Virus genome (UHGV): UHGV-0110421
From: a virus
DNA: 13,892 bases
Strand: one strand, 5' to 3'
Under the pieces are notes generated by a model. The model had not been told where the DNA came from, searched no databases, and was given only the letters and a program-made list of their open reading frames with translations. Positions within the stretch are counted from its first letter, which is position 1; the number at the start of each line of letters is the position of its first letter. This document shows positions 1 to 8,198 of this stretch, piece after piece. A program made the position numbers and the translations under genes.

Positions 1-35
1 GTTTCCCCCAGCCGGGTATTGAAAAAATATTTCAT
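1..35 (-). CDS. 5'-partial CDS running off the window edge (first ~11 codons, MKYFFNTRLGE...), probably the next head gene
   Basis: ATG at 35..33 preceded by an AGGTAA Shine-Dalgarno-like motif, directly downstream of the morphogenesis gene stop. Too short to assess. Confidence 0.2.
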   Translation of the reverse strand, partial: MKYFFNTRLGE

Positions 36-49
36 GGTTTACCTGCGAT

Positions 50-823
50 TCAGGCGAGATAAGAATGAGGGTTGGGGAAGACGATTTCTTTGTAACAGCG
101 GCAGTTCGGGAGCTCGCCAGCGTGACCGGTCATGCCGTCAAGCGTTGGAGGTCGGCCCCATTCGACAAACTTCCCTTCCATCTCTCGATGAGAATGCCGG
201 ACGTCGCCATCTTCGGCTGTACGCCAGATATAACCATTCGAGCCGATTGACAGCGCACGCGCCTGATCCAGTGCACCGGTTGCGCGCCCAAGCTCAGTCC
301 GGGCGATAAGGTTCGCTCGTGAGCGTGACACGTCACCGGAAGCAGCTATCTCTTTCGCGAATGGCTCAGCGCGGCCACCAGTTACTACAGCCTCGATGGC
401 CTTGTTCTGAATGTCATACACCCGATCGGCGGCCTCAAGAGGCAGAGATTTGATGTACTTAATTTGCTCGGCGACGATGGATTTCATCACCTGGCCTACC
501 GGGGCGCGGTCGACCATGTTGCGTAGTTCTGCGCTGATGTTCCGACTGTGCTGACGCCACTGCTTTTCATTCTGGCGCGCAATGTCGGCGGTGAAGCTCT
601 CAGCAACCTTAGTCGCCCAGGGGGTGATGATTTCGCTGTAGCGCTCCAGCGCATTCATTATTTCGGTGACGCTATCGTTTGAACCATCGTAGCGACCATT
701 TACGATATCCCCGACCGCCCGCGCTATCTGCCGTAGGCTCGTTCGATATCGGATCTCCGCCTGGCGGCTCTGGCGGTTTGTCGCCAAGTTCGCCGATGCC
801 TGGCGGCGCTTCGTCTTCGGCAT
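50..823 (-). CDS. phage head morphogenesis / minor head protein (Mu F / SPP1 gp7-like)
   Basis: 257-aa ORF directly downstream of the portal gene, the usual position for this family. ATG at 823 overlaps the portal 3' end by ~150 nt in another frame; an internal ATG near 658 is an alternative start. Confidence 0.5.
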   Translation of the reverse strand: MPKTKRRQASANLATNRQSRQAEIRYRTSLRQIARAVGDIVNGRYDGSNDSVTEIMNALERYSEIITPWATKVAESFTADIARQNEKQWRQHSRNISAELRNMVDRAPVGQVMKSIVAEQIKYIKSLPLEAADRVYDIQNKAIEAVVTGGRAEPFAKEIAASGDVSRSRANLIARTELGRATGALDQARALSIGSNGYIWRTAEDGDVRHSHREMEGKFVEWGRPPTLDGMTGHAGELPNCRCYKEIVFPNPHSYLA

Positions 824-2141
824 TCTCGATATCCTCGTCGGTAATGGATGCCCCGATGCCGGTGACGTCAGAGTTTTCGCGCAGGTCGGTCATCGCCGCC
901 TTACGCGTCATCAATCCGTCGCCCAGCGCGGTACTGATCGCGTTGGTGGTGTTTACGGCCACCGTTGATCGGTCAACGTCTGACATTTGCCATAGCGGGT
1001 TAAACTCAAACGTGAAATCGTCCGGCAGCGGCTTTCCGAGTTCCGAGCGGTGCATAATGTCCAGTATCCGGCGCATCGGCAGCCGTAAGCGGCGCTCCTG
1101 CAATGAGCTCACCCGGTCGTAATAGTTGGCGAGGTCTGCATCACCAGTAGAGAAGCCTTTCGGGGATTGACCGAACAGGCGTATCAGCGGGATACCAACG
1201 GCACCGCTGATCTGCTCAGCAAACTGCGAAAGAATGTCATCCAGACCACTAAAGCTGTACTGGTGGGTTTCGAACTTATCCCGCGAGTCCATGAGCGTCA
1301 TACCTTCATTGCTCTGGAACTGGCGGATCAGGTCGATGTTCTTCAGCAACGCTTCGAACGCCGGGCCTCCAAGCGCGATAAGCTCGCGCAACTTCTCCAC
1401 GCTATAGGTACGCAGATGCGCTTTATAGACCAGCTGCGCCGCGCCGACAGTAGCGCTATCGAACGCAGTAAGCCGATCCCAGATACGCTCTACAACCGAC
1501 ATTCCCCATTCGTTTTCGGTCATCTTCTGCTGGAATGGCAGCGTGACGCCATCAAAGCGGATCAGGCGGCTGTGATGGATGCGCCAGGCCGGAATGCCCG
1601 TTGCGGTGGTCACCACGTCGTAAAACTCAGGCTTGCCGAGGTCCGGCCCCATCTCTTTAATGCGGCGTGTCAGCACCGGGTTAATCATCCAGCGGTCGAG
1701 CGGGAGAATGCCCTTAAACTTGCCCTCGCCAATGGTTTCGAGTCGCAGCGGGGTCATTGGTGCTTGCCCCTCGATCATGATGAAGCCGACCGCGCCGCCG
1801 TAGAGGCGCGACCATTTCAGCACGTCGTTCAGCGCATCCCAGATCTGCAACTCATCCAGTTGCGCTTCGAGGGTGCCACGGTCTTTGGCGTCAATCTCCG
1901 AAGTGATGCGAATGCCCTTTCGGGTCATATCGTCCGGGATAGCGTCGACCGCTTCACCGATAACCCACGAACCGCGATATGACCATTCCACCAGCATGCG
2001 GTTGCGGCTGGTGAAGTTCGCCCGGTAGGTCGATGCTGAATGCTGGTTAGGCGTCTGCATCCCAACGCGGGCGACGAAGTTCTCGTAGCCGTCAGCGGTG
2101 GCCTGTGCCGTTCGCTGAGAGGATTGCTTGTTTCGTGCCAT
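672..2141 (-). CDS. phage portal protein
   Basis: 489-aa ORF whose ATG overlaps the TerL stop (ATGA at 2141). Acidic Gly/Pro-rich C-terminal tail and position between TerL and head morphogenesis gene. Confidence 0.7.
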   Translation of the reverse strand: MARNKQSSQRTAQATADGYENFVARVGMQTPNQHSASTYRANFTSRNRMLVEWSYRGSWVIGEAVDAIPDDMTRKGIRITSEIDAKDRGTLEAQLDELQIWDALNDVLKWSRLYGGAVGFIMIEGQAPMTPLRLETIGEGKFKGILPLDRWMINPVLTRRIKEMGPDLGKPEFYDVVTTATGIPAWRIHHSRLIRFDGVTLPFQQKMTENEWGMSVVERIWDRLTAFDSATVGAAQLVYKAHLRTYSVEKLRELIALGGPAFEALLKNIDLIRQFQSNEGMTLMDSRDKFETHQYSFSGLDDILSQFAEQISGAVGIPLIRLFGQSPKGFSTGDADLANYYDRVSSLQERRLRLPMRRILDIMHRSELGKPLPDDFTFEFNPLWQMSDVDRSTVAVNTTNAISTALGDGLMTRKAAMTDLRENSDVTGIGASITDEDIENAEDEAPPGIGELGDKPPEPPGGDPISNEPTADSAGGRGYRKWSLRWFKR

Positions 2142-3763
2142 CAGGCCTGTCTCCCTAGCAGCTCCCAGATGTTCAGGGCTGAATTCATTGGCGCGTAGCT
2201 GATCATCACCGAGTCGGCGAGGTTCGGCGACTTGGTGCCATCAGGCTGTTTATCAACAACGATTTTCCCCACGCCATTAATGGAGTAGGTCGGCTGCGAC
2301 AGCTCAATGATGAGTTTGTCTTTGCTCGCCATGGCGCTGCTGATTGAGATGATTTCGTCCGGGTTGTAGGCCATGCCCTCAACCACGGCGCGATAGGTGT
2401 TCTGGAAAAGCTTGCGTAGCCACCACCAGCTCTGGGCCTTGGCGTTGGCGAAGAAGTCCTTGTTCAGGCGTGCGGCCTGTCCGTTGTCCCCGCGCACCGC
2501 TTCATCGTCCGGATCAAATACCGCGCCGCTACCACGAAACGGTGTGGCGAGTATTGACGGTCGGCGCGCTGCGTAACGCAGTTCGTTGATGGCGCGCGCA
2601 TCGCCGCGAACGCCAGCACCCAGGCCGTCCTCGTCGAAGCGAAACTCTTCGAGGTTGTCCTGTTCGCAAAAGCCGAAGACCTTCTCAACAGACTGGTAAA
2701 TGTCGCTGCCAACGCCGGACCATTCACGCACGTTCTCCAGAAGGAAGCCGTGACGGGTCGAAAAGGCATTTTTGTCCCGGCCTTCGTCGGCGACGTCCAT
2801 CGCGCCCAGTCGCTTGCCCGTTGGCTGAATACCAAGTTTGATATGCGCGTCGACGGCAGCCTGTACCCAGTCGGACGGGATCAGGACGCCTTCCGCAGAT
2901 GCGCTGTAGTTCAGGTCAAGTTCCTGCGCCACCACCACCGGATTGTCGATTTTCTCGCATTCCCTGCGATACCACTCTTCATCCTTGCGCGGGTCATTTC
3001 GCCAGTGGAATGTGAAAACCGGTATCTTCCCGCCGTGACGCTTCTGCGCGAACGGGTTCGCCATGCCGTTAACCGAACTCAGGTCGATACGGCAGCGGGT
3101 GGTTTGCGACAGCGCTGCGTCGATCAGCAGAGGACGCTGGAGGAATGCAGCCTCATCTACCAGGTAGAGCGTGGTACGGTCACCACGTCCGATATTGTCG
3201 CCAGCTTCGCCTTTGATGACCGCGCCCGTATCGGGAAACTCAACGCGCATGTACGGCGCGTGCTTCTTCTCGTCCCACGAACCGCGAAACTCGACGGGCA
3301 GCGTTTCCACGAATTTGCGCGCCTTCCAGAACAGCGCCTTCGGGTCACCGGTGCTATCGACGTATTCCTCTTTACGGGAGCCGAAGCCGATAACCATCTC
3401 TTTGTTGAAGAGGCAGAGCGAACAGGCCAGCCCGATCGCCGTCCAGCTGAGCCCCATTTCGCGGCTCTTTTCGGTGATGCCGTTCTCCAGCCGTTCGCGC
3501 CGCTCAATGATCCAGTGAATCCACTCTTCCTGTTTCGGGAACAGCAGAAAAGGGATTGTGACCGGCAGGCCATAATCGATGTTACGCGGGTCAGTAGTCA
3601 TACCCCAGTCGATGATGAACTGTGCCGGGTTGGTGCGGTAAAACTGCTTTAGTGCTGGCAGCATTTCAGGGTTCTGGCGAATGCGCTGTAAGCGCTCCAT
3701 CCGCCATTCAAAAACCATCTGGTAATCAGGGTTTCTGAAATCGAATTCAAACGGAAGAGGCAT
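2141..3763 (-). CDS. terL: terminase large subunit
   Basis: Large ORF with terminase-like ATPase/nuclease architecture, between the small-subunit gene and portal. Start placed at ATG 3763 (MPLPFEFDF...); the tracked start at 3820 is a TTG inside the AT-rich insert and is judged unlikely. Confidence 0.8.
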   Translation of the reverse strand: MPLPFEFDFRNPDYQMVFEWRMERLQRIRQNPEMLPALKQFYRTNPAQFIIDWGMTTDPRNIDYGLPVTIPFLLFPKQEEWIHWIIERRERLENGITEKSREMGLSWTAIGLACSLCLFNKEMVIGFGSRKEEYVDSTGDPKALFWKARKFVETLPVEFRGSWDEKKHAPYMRVEFPDTGAVIKGEAGDNIGRGDRTTLYLVDEAAFLQRPLLIDAALSQTTRCRIDLSSVNGMANPFAQKRHGGKIPVFTFHWRNDPRKDEEWYRRECEKIDNPVVVAQELDLNYSASAEGVLIPSDWVQAAVDAHIKLGIQPTGKRLGAMDVADEGRDKNAFSTRHGFLLENVREWSGVGSDIYQSVEKVFGFCEQDNLEEFRFDEDGLGAGVRGDARAINELRYAARRPSILATPFRGSGAVFDPDDEAVRGDNGQAARLNKDFFANAKAQSWWWLRKLFQNTYRAVVEGMAYNPDEIISISSAMASKDKLIIELSQPTYSINGVGKIVVDKQPDGTKSPNLADSVMISYAPMNSALNIWELLGRQA

Positions 3764-3834
3764 AAACAATTCCAGGCATTGAGTTTTTGCGTAACAAAGT
3801 TGATATTGTTTATGTACCAATTACAGGAGGTTTT

Positions 3835-4047
3835 ATGACACCAGCAGTTAGCGCTAAGTTGTTGGAATTAACCAACGACCTTAACAACGAAGTAAAATTG
3901 TCTGCAATTTATGCTCTCGGCGAGAGTGCTTCAGCAACGCCAGCTCATGTAAATCGCTTACTTGATTTATCTTCGGATCTAAATCACAACGTCAAAGTCG
4001 CTGCAATTAAAGCTCTTGGCCGTATTACTCGACCAAAACAAGCCTAG
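3835..4047 (+). CDS. small repeat protein (70 aa) with two tandem HEAT-like (PBS-lyase type) repeats; antisense moron
   Basis: ATG at 3835 with a consensus AGGAGG 4 nt upstream. Protein shows an internal duplication (LLELTNDLNNEVKLSAIYALGE / LLDLSSDLNHNVKVAAIKALGR). Segment is visibly AT-rich versus flanks and is the only + strand gene in the late operon. Confidence 0.5.
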   Translation: MTPAVSAKLLELTNDLNNEVKLSAIYALGESASATPAHVNRLLDLSSDLNHNVKVAAIKALGRITRPKQA

Positions 4048-4052
4048 AATCC

Positions 4053-4073
4053 ATAGCCGCAACATGCGGCTAT
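4053..4073. other. stem-loop between convergent genes (8-bp perfect stem ATAGCCGC / GCGGCTAT, 5-nt loop)
   Basis: Perfect inverted repeat sitting exactly between the stop of the + strand repeat-protein ORF and the stop of the minus-strand small terminase gene. No U-run on either side. Confidence 0.3.
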
Positions 4074-4546
4074 CACCCCATCATCTTGCGGTAAATCTCT
4101 GCGGCCTGATCTGCGGTGAGGTTGGTCGTCTCGGTCTTGATCGGGCCGCCATCCTTGCCAGTGCTTTCAACCTTCAGCTTATTGGTGTAAGCGTCGCCAA
4201 CCTCTTTCGCGGCCTGTTCAATCAGCTGCGCCGTCAGGGAGAAGTTTTTCATCCCCTCGGTTTTGGTTGCCATGCGGTCAAGCACGCGGAGGCGATAGGA
4301 TTTGTTCGCGATCGGAATGTCGCTGGTTTCGGTCAGGAACCGTTCGCGCGTAGCGTGGAACATCTCGATCCACTTTTTGGCGAGCGTCTTACCGCTGGCC
4401 TTCGTGGGGTCGTGAGATTCAGCCTGCTGGCGGGTGATCTTGATCCCGAATTCTTTTTGGACAGCCTCAACCACCTGCGTCGGCGTGTCATAGCACGCAA
4501 GCGACTGAATGATGAAGGCTTTCACATCAGGTTTTAATGCAGCCAT
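4073..4546 (-). CDS. terminase small subunit-like protein (DUF2280-type)
   Basis: 157-aa ORF upstream of TerL in the late operon, ATG at 4546 with a GGTGA Shine-Dalgarno-like motif. Family assignment is from memory. Confidence 0.55.
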   Translation of the reverse strand: MAALKPDVKAFIIQSLACYDTPTQVVEAVQKEFGIKITRQQAESHDPTKASGKTLAKKWIEMFHATRERFLTETSDIPIANKSYRLRVLDRMATKTEGMKNFSLTAQLIEQAAKEVGDAYTNKLKVESTGKDGGPIKTETTNLTADQAAEIYRKMMG

Positions 4547-4576
4547 AAATCACCATTCGTCTTATTCAGTCCAGTT

Positions 4577-5197
4577 TTAAGCCAGTCGCAGCATGCACGT
4601 CCCGCAAGCTCTGGCAATATCGAGATGAGCAACCTCCGCTGGCTGATTCGCCGCATCAATCATTTCCTGCACATCACGGCTCGCACCGTAACGGCGAACC
4701 ACGCCCACAAACTCTTCCACATCGTGGCCGCGTAGCTTCAGCTTTGGCAGCCCCTCTTGCGTGAACTTCGGCGCGCCAAACTCATCTGTCGCTTGGCAGA
4801 TGTGATAAAGCTCGTGCTCTATCAGGGCGCAAAACTCCAGATCAGAACATTGCGAGCAGTAATCAGCGGCCAGCGTGATGATGTACTGCGGCACCCTGCC
4901 GAACCATTCATACATCTGCTGCTCCATCCGCGCTTTCTGCCAGCCTCCAGCCCGCATTGCCACTTCTTCCGCCTGCCCCAGCACGGACCGCCCTTTCTTC
5001 TCGAAAGTGTTCGACGCCCAGAGAAAGCACAGATCCGCTTCAAGCAAATGCTGGTGATCAGGGTTGTAGAGGTCACCCTCATCGCTCAGGATGTGCTGAT
5101 TCAGCCACTCGCCAACGTCACTGGCGGGCATTATGCTGATGTACGGCTTCGGGTCAGGTGGCATCGTAAAATGCGCTGGTGGGTGTGGTCTGTTCAT
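4577..5197 (-). CDS. HExxH zinc-metallopeptidase-like accessory protein
   Basis: 206-aa ORF with an HELYH motif and Cys pairs (CSQCSD, CGTC) suggesting a metalloprotease with zinc-binding elements. Lies between the lysis cassette and the terminase genes. Confidence 0.45.
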   Translation of the reverse strand: MNRPHPPAHFTMPPDPKPYISIMPASDVGEWLNQHILSDEGDLYNPDHQHLLEADLCFLWASNTFEKKGRSVLGQAEEVAMRAGGWQKARMEQQMYEWFGRVPQYIITLAADYCSQCSDLEFCALIEHELYHICQATDEFGAPKFTQEGLPKLKLRGHDVEEFVGVVRRYGASRDVQEMIDAANQPAEVAHLDIARACGTCMLRLA

Positions 5198-5253
5198 GAA
5201 TAATTCCAGTGCTCCATTATCGAAGCCCCTCAGTGTGAAGGGCTTCTGTAATG

Positions 5254-5439
5254 TCAGTCCCGGACGAACGTAACCTTTGTGGTTATCATTCGCCGTACAA
5301 GGCGCGTCGCTTCGCGTTGCATTTCATCAATTACTTTTGGCGTCAGCGGCTGACGCGCATATTTGCGCTCAATCTCTGCAAAAATCCCGTTCAGCGCCTC
5401 GCTGTCTGGTGGGGTAACTTCAACGTTTAGCCTGGACAT
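5254..5439 (-). CDS. hypothetical small protein (61 aa)
   Basis: ATG at 5439 with GGAGG 8 nt upstream. No recognisable motif. Confidence 0.4.
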   Translation of the reverse strand: MSRLNVEVTPPDSEALNGIFAEIERKYARQPLTPKVIDEMQREATRLVRRMITTKVTFVRD

Positions 5440-5557
5440 CCTGCGGCCTCCACATTAGATAATTTTTCAAATTTATCCCTGAGAAGGGATTTTCATTACC
5501 TTATCCGCTTTCGGGGATAACCATTATCAAGCCCACCACAGATGAGCTTTGTAATGG

Positions 5558-5815
5558 CTATTTCACAGCACGAGTATTCTCTATTTCCCGAATGCTCGCT
5601 TTGTCTATGTTGCACTGCCCCAGAGCAGCGAGAAGGCTGACATTCAAATCCAGACTGGCTCCGTAGGTCAGCGGATCGGGAATGGCTGGCTGCGGCGTTT
5701 CAACGGTAAGACTTACTGGCAGCGGTACCGCCGGAACTTGCACGTAAACTGTTCGCGTATTGCCGCAGCCGGTTAGCAGCTGCAGCAGGAACAGGCTGGC
5801 GAGCGCAATCATCAT
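5558..5815 (-). CDS. o-spanin Rz1 (outer-membrane lipoprotein)
   Basis: ORF in an alternative frame overlapping the 3' end of Rz. Signal peptide plus lipobox (LLQLLTGC) and a Pro-rich mature region. Start placed at the internal Met-Met (MMIALASLF...). Confidence 0.55.
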   Translation of the reverse strand: MMIALASLFLLQLLTGCGNTRTVYVQVPAVPLPVSLTVETPQPAIPDPLTYGASLDLNVSLLAALGQCNIDKASIREIENTRAVK

Positions 5816-6092
5816 CCGCAACAGCCACTTTGATATCTGTCGCGGCTCCCGATGCGTCCAGTGTGATCTGCTGCTTTGCATGCTGATTTGCCTCAGTGAT
5901 GTTATTCATGATGGATACAGTTCGCAGGACGTTTGAAGTGATTGCTTCAGTAGAATCGGCGCGTTGCTCTGCACCATCAGCCCGCTTCTTCTCTTCCTGG
6001 TATTTGCTGTGATAGTGATTTGCTGACCAGATAAGGCCACCAGCCAACGCCACAACGAAACCTACTATCAGAACCAGATAACGAGTTGGCAT
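5700..6092 (-). CDS. i-spanin Rz
   Basis: N-terminal transmembrane segment (LVLIVGFVVALAGGLIW) followed by a charged region. ATG at 6092 overlaps the endolysin stop; a GTG at 6095 is the alternative start. Confidence 0.6.
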   Translation of the reverse strand: MPTRYLVLIVGFVVALAGGLIWSANHYHSKYQEEKKRADGAEQRADSTEAITSNVLRTVSIMNNITEANQHAKQQITLDASGAATDIKVAVADDDCARQPVPAAAANRLRQYANSLRASSGGTAASKSYR

Positions 6093-6613
6093 CACACACC
6101 ATCCAGGCAGAGCTGTTTCTCAGCACCACGACGCGTAACCAGTCCGGGAAGAACTTTCCCGCCTCCATACACCCATCGCGAAAACTGGTCGCACGCTTGC
6201 AAAACTTGCCCCTGTCGTAATAGCTGGAACATCGTCGATTTCTGCATTGCACCGCACCCGGCGTTAAACGTGATAGACGTTACTGCTGAAAACGTGTTGT
6301 CGCTGAGTTTGCGCCCATTACCGTATGAGTTAACACAGCGTTCAGCCTCCAGGATGTTTCTTTCCCAGTCAGCGGCAATCTGCACATCGGTCTTTCGCAC
6401 GCCAGCTTTTACACCGTGGGTATTGCCAACCCCATCAGTGAGTTTTGCAGCCGGACAAACATATGGCTCACGGCGACATCCTTCCGCATTACCGATTAAC
6501 TCCAGACCTCGCTCATTCGTGCGGACGTTACCGTTGCCCAGAACGATAGCGATAATCGCTGCTACAGAACAAAGAGCGCCAACGGCTCCGCCTTTTTTTG
6601 CCAGTTGAGCCAT
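6092..6613 (-). CDS. R: SAR endolysin (phage 21 R-type lysozyme, GH24)
   Basis: Gly/Ala-rich weakly hydrophobic N-terminal signal-anchor-release segment, then a T4-lysozyme-like core (ELIGNAEGCRREPYVCPAAKLTDGVGNTHG). C-terminus resembles phage 21 R. Start ATG overlaps the holin stop. Confidence 0.85.
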   Translation of the reverse strand: MAQLAKKGGAVGALCSVAAIIAIVLGNGNVRTNERGLELIGNAEGCRREPYVCPAAKLTDGVGNTHGVKAGVRKTDVQIAADWERNILEAERCVNSYGNGRKLSDNTFSAVTSITFNAGCGAMQKSTMFQLLRQGQVLQACDQFSRWVYGGGKVLPGLVTRRGAEKQLCLDGV

Positions 6614-6918
6614 TATTCACCTGCCTTTTTCAGAGCATCAGCGACGACGCTGACCGCTGCCGGACGCTCAGATTTTGGTTTATCACTAACGCCATCGAGA
6701 TAATCGCGAATCATCTTCGTGCGTTTCTCATCCTCTTTTCTGCGTCGGCGCGCATCAAGACGGCCGTTGACGTAGGACACCAGCGAGATAATCAGGCCAA
6801 CAGCGCCAAAGAACATGTAAACCATGTCCTGCGTTGTGAAGCCCAGTGCAGCAGCAAGAGTTCCCAACCACGCAAAGAACTGCGTGAATATGTTCCCTGA
6901 GTGATCGTTCATTTTCAT
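6613..6918 (-). CDS. S: holin (two transmembrane segments, dual-start MKM motif)
   Basis: Two hydrophobic helices and a charged C-terminal tail. Two in-frame ATGs (6918 and 6912) form an MKM dual-start motif; GAGGTGA Shine-Dalgarno-like motif upstream. First gene after the terminators downstream of Q. Confidence 0.7.
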   Translation of the reverse strand: MKMNDHSGNIFTQFFAWLGTLAAALGFTTQDMVYMFFGAVGLIISLVSYVNGRLDARRRRKEDEKRTKMIRDYLDGVSDKPKSERPAAVSVVADALKKAGE

Positions 6919-7017
6919 GGTCTCTCACCTCGCGGTGTGCGGGTGCTGTATGTAGGGGTCAGGCTCTCGGTATGAATTTAACGATGAAGCTCATCGGTGA
7001 GGGTTACCGGAGCCTGA

Positions 7018-7045
7018 AATAAGAAAAGGCCGCCTAATGGCAGCC
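7018..7045 (-). terminator. intrinsic terminator (tR'-like, distal copy)
   Basis: Minus-strand RNA GGCUGCC-AUUA-GGCGGCC (7-bp stem with one G-U pair) followed by UUUUCUUAUU. Confidence 0.55.
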
Positions 7046-7046
7046 C

Positions 7047-7081
7047 AAATAGAAAAGCCCCACGGAGTTAACCGCAGGGCT
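7047..7081 (-). terminator. intrinsic terminator (tR'-like, proximal copy)
   Basis: Minus-strand RNA AGCCCUGCGG-UUAACU-CCGUGGGGCU (10-bp stem with two G-U pairs) followed by UUUCUAUUU. Lies between Q and the holin. Confidence 0.6.
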
Positions 7082-7149
7082 TGAAATTTAATTACTGCCA
7101 GTGCGTACAACATTGGCACGATATCAGATTTACACGAAATATATGCCAT
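7082..7149 (-). promoter_or_regulatory. late promoter / Q-utilisation region (pR'-qut, inferred by position)
   Basis: Interval between the Q stop and the tandem terminators. Contains a TTGTAC -35-like element, but I could not fix the -10 hexamer by eye. Confidence 0.3.
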
Positions 7150-7839
7150 TTAGTTCATTTCTGCAATACCTTGCTGCGAATAAGCAGCTTTTTGTTGTGA
7201 ACGAGATCGCGAAACATGGAGCAGGGATTGTGAGTCAAGGCTCTTATACAGACGCGTCATAGCGTCATAATGCTCCACGTAGTTCTGTGACCAGTTTGTT
7301 TTGTTAACGCCCACCAGCGCAGCGAGATCACCATACTGATACACATCGTGCCCGGACAATTCGGCTTTCACATCCTGCGCCGCCAGCCAAATCAATTGAC
7401 GCAACCGTTCGATGGTCTTTTTCGCGAGCCGCTTTCCGGCAAGCGATTGCTGAAACTCACTCCACGTCCATTGGGTTATCGTGACCTGATGCTCCCAAAC
7501 GATGTTCCCGCTGTAACTCCACAGCAACCAAGCTTTCTGATGTTCATCGAGTGACAACAGCGCGCGGCGCCAGGACGCTGTCACAAATTCAATCGGCTGC
7601 ACCAGCGGGATATGAGAACCTTTTGCGTGCGACTGTTTACCGGGGATCGGCGGATTATCCAGCGTAATCATTTTCCCGGTAACCTCATCCAGCACCCGGA
7701 GCTTTTTTCGCTTGAACGTGTTCGTGTCGAACTGAGCATTCTCCAGCCAGGCCATTAACTGCCCTTTGGTTGCACCACTAAAATCTGCAGTGGCCGCCAT
7801 CAGCTGCTGTCGAACGTATTCCAAATATTGCTGTGTCAC
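7150..7839 (-). CDS. Q: late-gene antitermination protein Q
   Basis: 229-aa ORF immediately downstream of rusA and upstream of terminators plus lysis cassette. GTG start at 7839 overlaps the rusA stop (GTGA) with GGAGGG upstream. Family call is by synteny and recollection. Confidence 0.6.
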   Translation of the reverse strand: MTQQYLEYVRQQLMAATADFSGATKGQLMAWLENAQFDTNTFKRKKLRVLDEVTGKMITLDNPPIPGKQSHAKGSHIPLVQPIEFVTASWRRALLSLDEHQKAWLLWSYSGNIVWEHQVTITQWTWSEFQQSLAGKRLAKKTIERLRQLIWLAAQDVKAELSGHDVYQYGDLAALVGVNKTNWSQNYVEHYDAMTRLYKSLDSQSLLHVSRSRSQQKAAYSQQGIAEMN

Positions 7840-8198
7840 ACGCCCTCCAATTCAGTGATTGTTAATTCGAGTTTCCCGCCTTTAACGACCGGCATTCTCT
7901 TCACGCTGTAGTAATCAACCTGCTGGTCGTCGAGCCAGAAACCAGATTTCGTCAGCGCGTCGAAAACGGCTTTTTGCAGGTTATCCAGATCCCGGCGGCG
8001 ACGGTCCTGCATATGGCATTCGATGCGAATTTTCACGGGTGTTGCCAGGCCGATATCCAGCATCGCGTCTTTGATAATTCTGGCGACACTGTCACGGAAC
8101 GCCTGCCCTTCTGCGCTGATGTGCGTGCGCCCGCGATTATGGCGGTAGTAGCGGTTATTGCTCGGCGGCCAGGGCAATGTGATGTTGTAAGTATTCAC
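7836..8198 (-). CDS. rusA: Holliday junction resolvase RusA
   Basis: Near-identity by recollection to E. coli RusA ([25 protein letters not shown]...[34 protein letters not shown]). Start taken as GTG at 8198 overlapping the ybcO stop, giving ~120 aa; the tracked ATG at 8261 would add 21 aa. Confidence 0.8.
   Translation of the reverse strand: MNTYNITLPWPPSNNRYYRHNRGRTHISAEGQAFRDSVARIIKDAMLDIGLATPVKIRIECHMQDRRRRDLDNLQKAVFDALTKSGFWLDDQQVDYYSVKRMPVVKGGKLELTITELEGV

Noticed and set aside
1167-1982. 271-aa + strand ORF antisense to the portal gene
   Set aside because: Lies entirely inside a well-supported minus-strand gene in GC-rich DNA where long antisense ORFs arise by chance. Low-complexity Arg/Ala-rich product. 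No ribosome-binding site or synteny logic.
2750-3652. 300-aa + strand ORF (and 3171..3518 +, 2464..2835 -, 3157..3573 -) inside the large terminase gene
   Set aside because: Shadow ORFs of the large terminase coding region. Arg/Ser/Ala-rich translations typical of out-of-frame reading of GC-rich DNA.
3764-3820. N-terminal extension of the large terminase to the TTG at 3820
   Set aside because: TTG start with no ribosome-binding site, in AT-rich insert DNA. The internal ATG at 3763 gives a sensible N-terminus.
4016-4537. 173-aa + strand ORF overlapping the small terminase gene
   Set aside because: Antisense to a gene with good start context and synteny; no motif. Only its first ~30 nt overlap the tail of the real + strand repeat-protein ORF, in a different frame.
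4757-5203. + strand ORFs (4757..5203, 4875..5057, 4957..5139) and - strand 4822..5082 inside the metallopeptidase-like gene
   Set aside because: Overlap a longer minus-strand ORF that has a conserved HExxH motif. Translations are low-complexity.
5440-5557. Two small hairpins (ATCCCT/AGGGAT and TTATCCG/CGGGGATAA) as possible terminators after Rz1
   Set aside because: Short stems with no U-run on the minus strand. The first has only a 4-T run on the + strand, where there are no genes to terminate. Kept only as a note inside the accessory-pair finding.
5977-6252. 91-aa minus-strand ORF spanning the Rz/endolysin junction
   Set aside because: Third-frame ORF overlapping two genes with clear functional motifs. 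The Rz1-like lipoprotein frame lies further 3' and is accounted for.
6270-6900. + strand ORFs 6270..6608 and 6598..6900 antisense to endolysin and holin
   Set aside because: Antisense shadows of confidently identified lysis genes.
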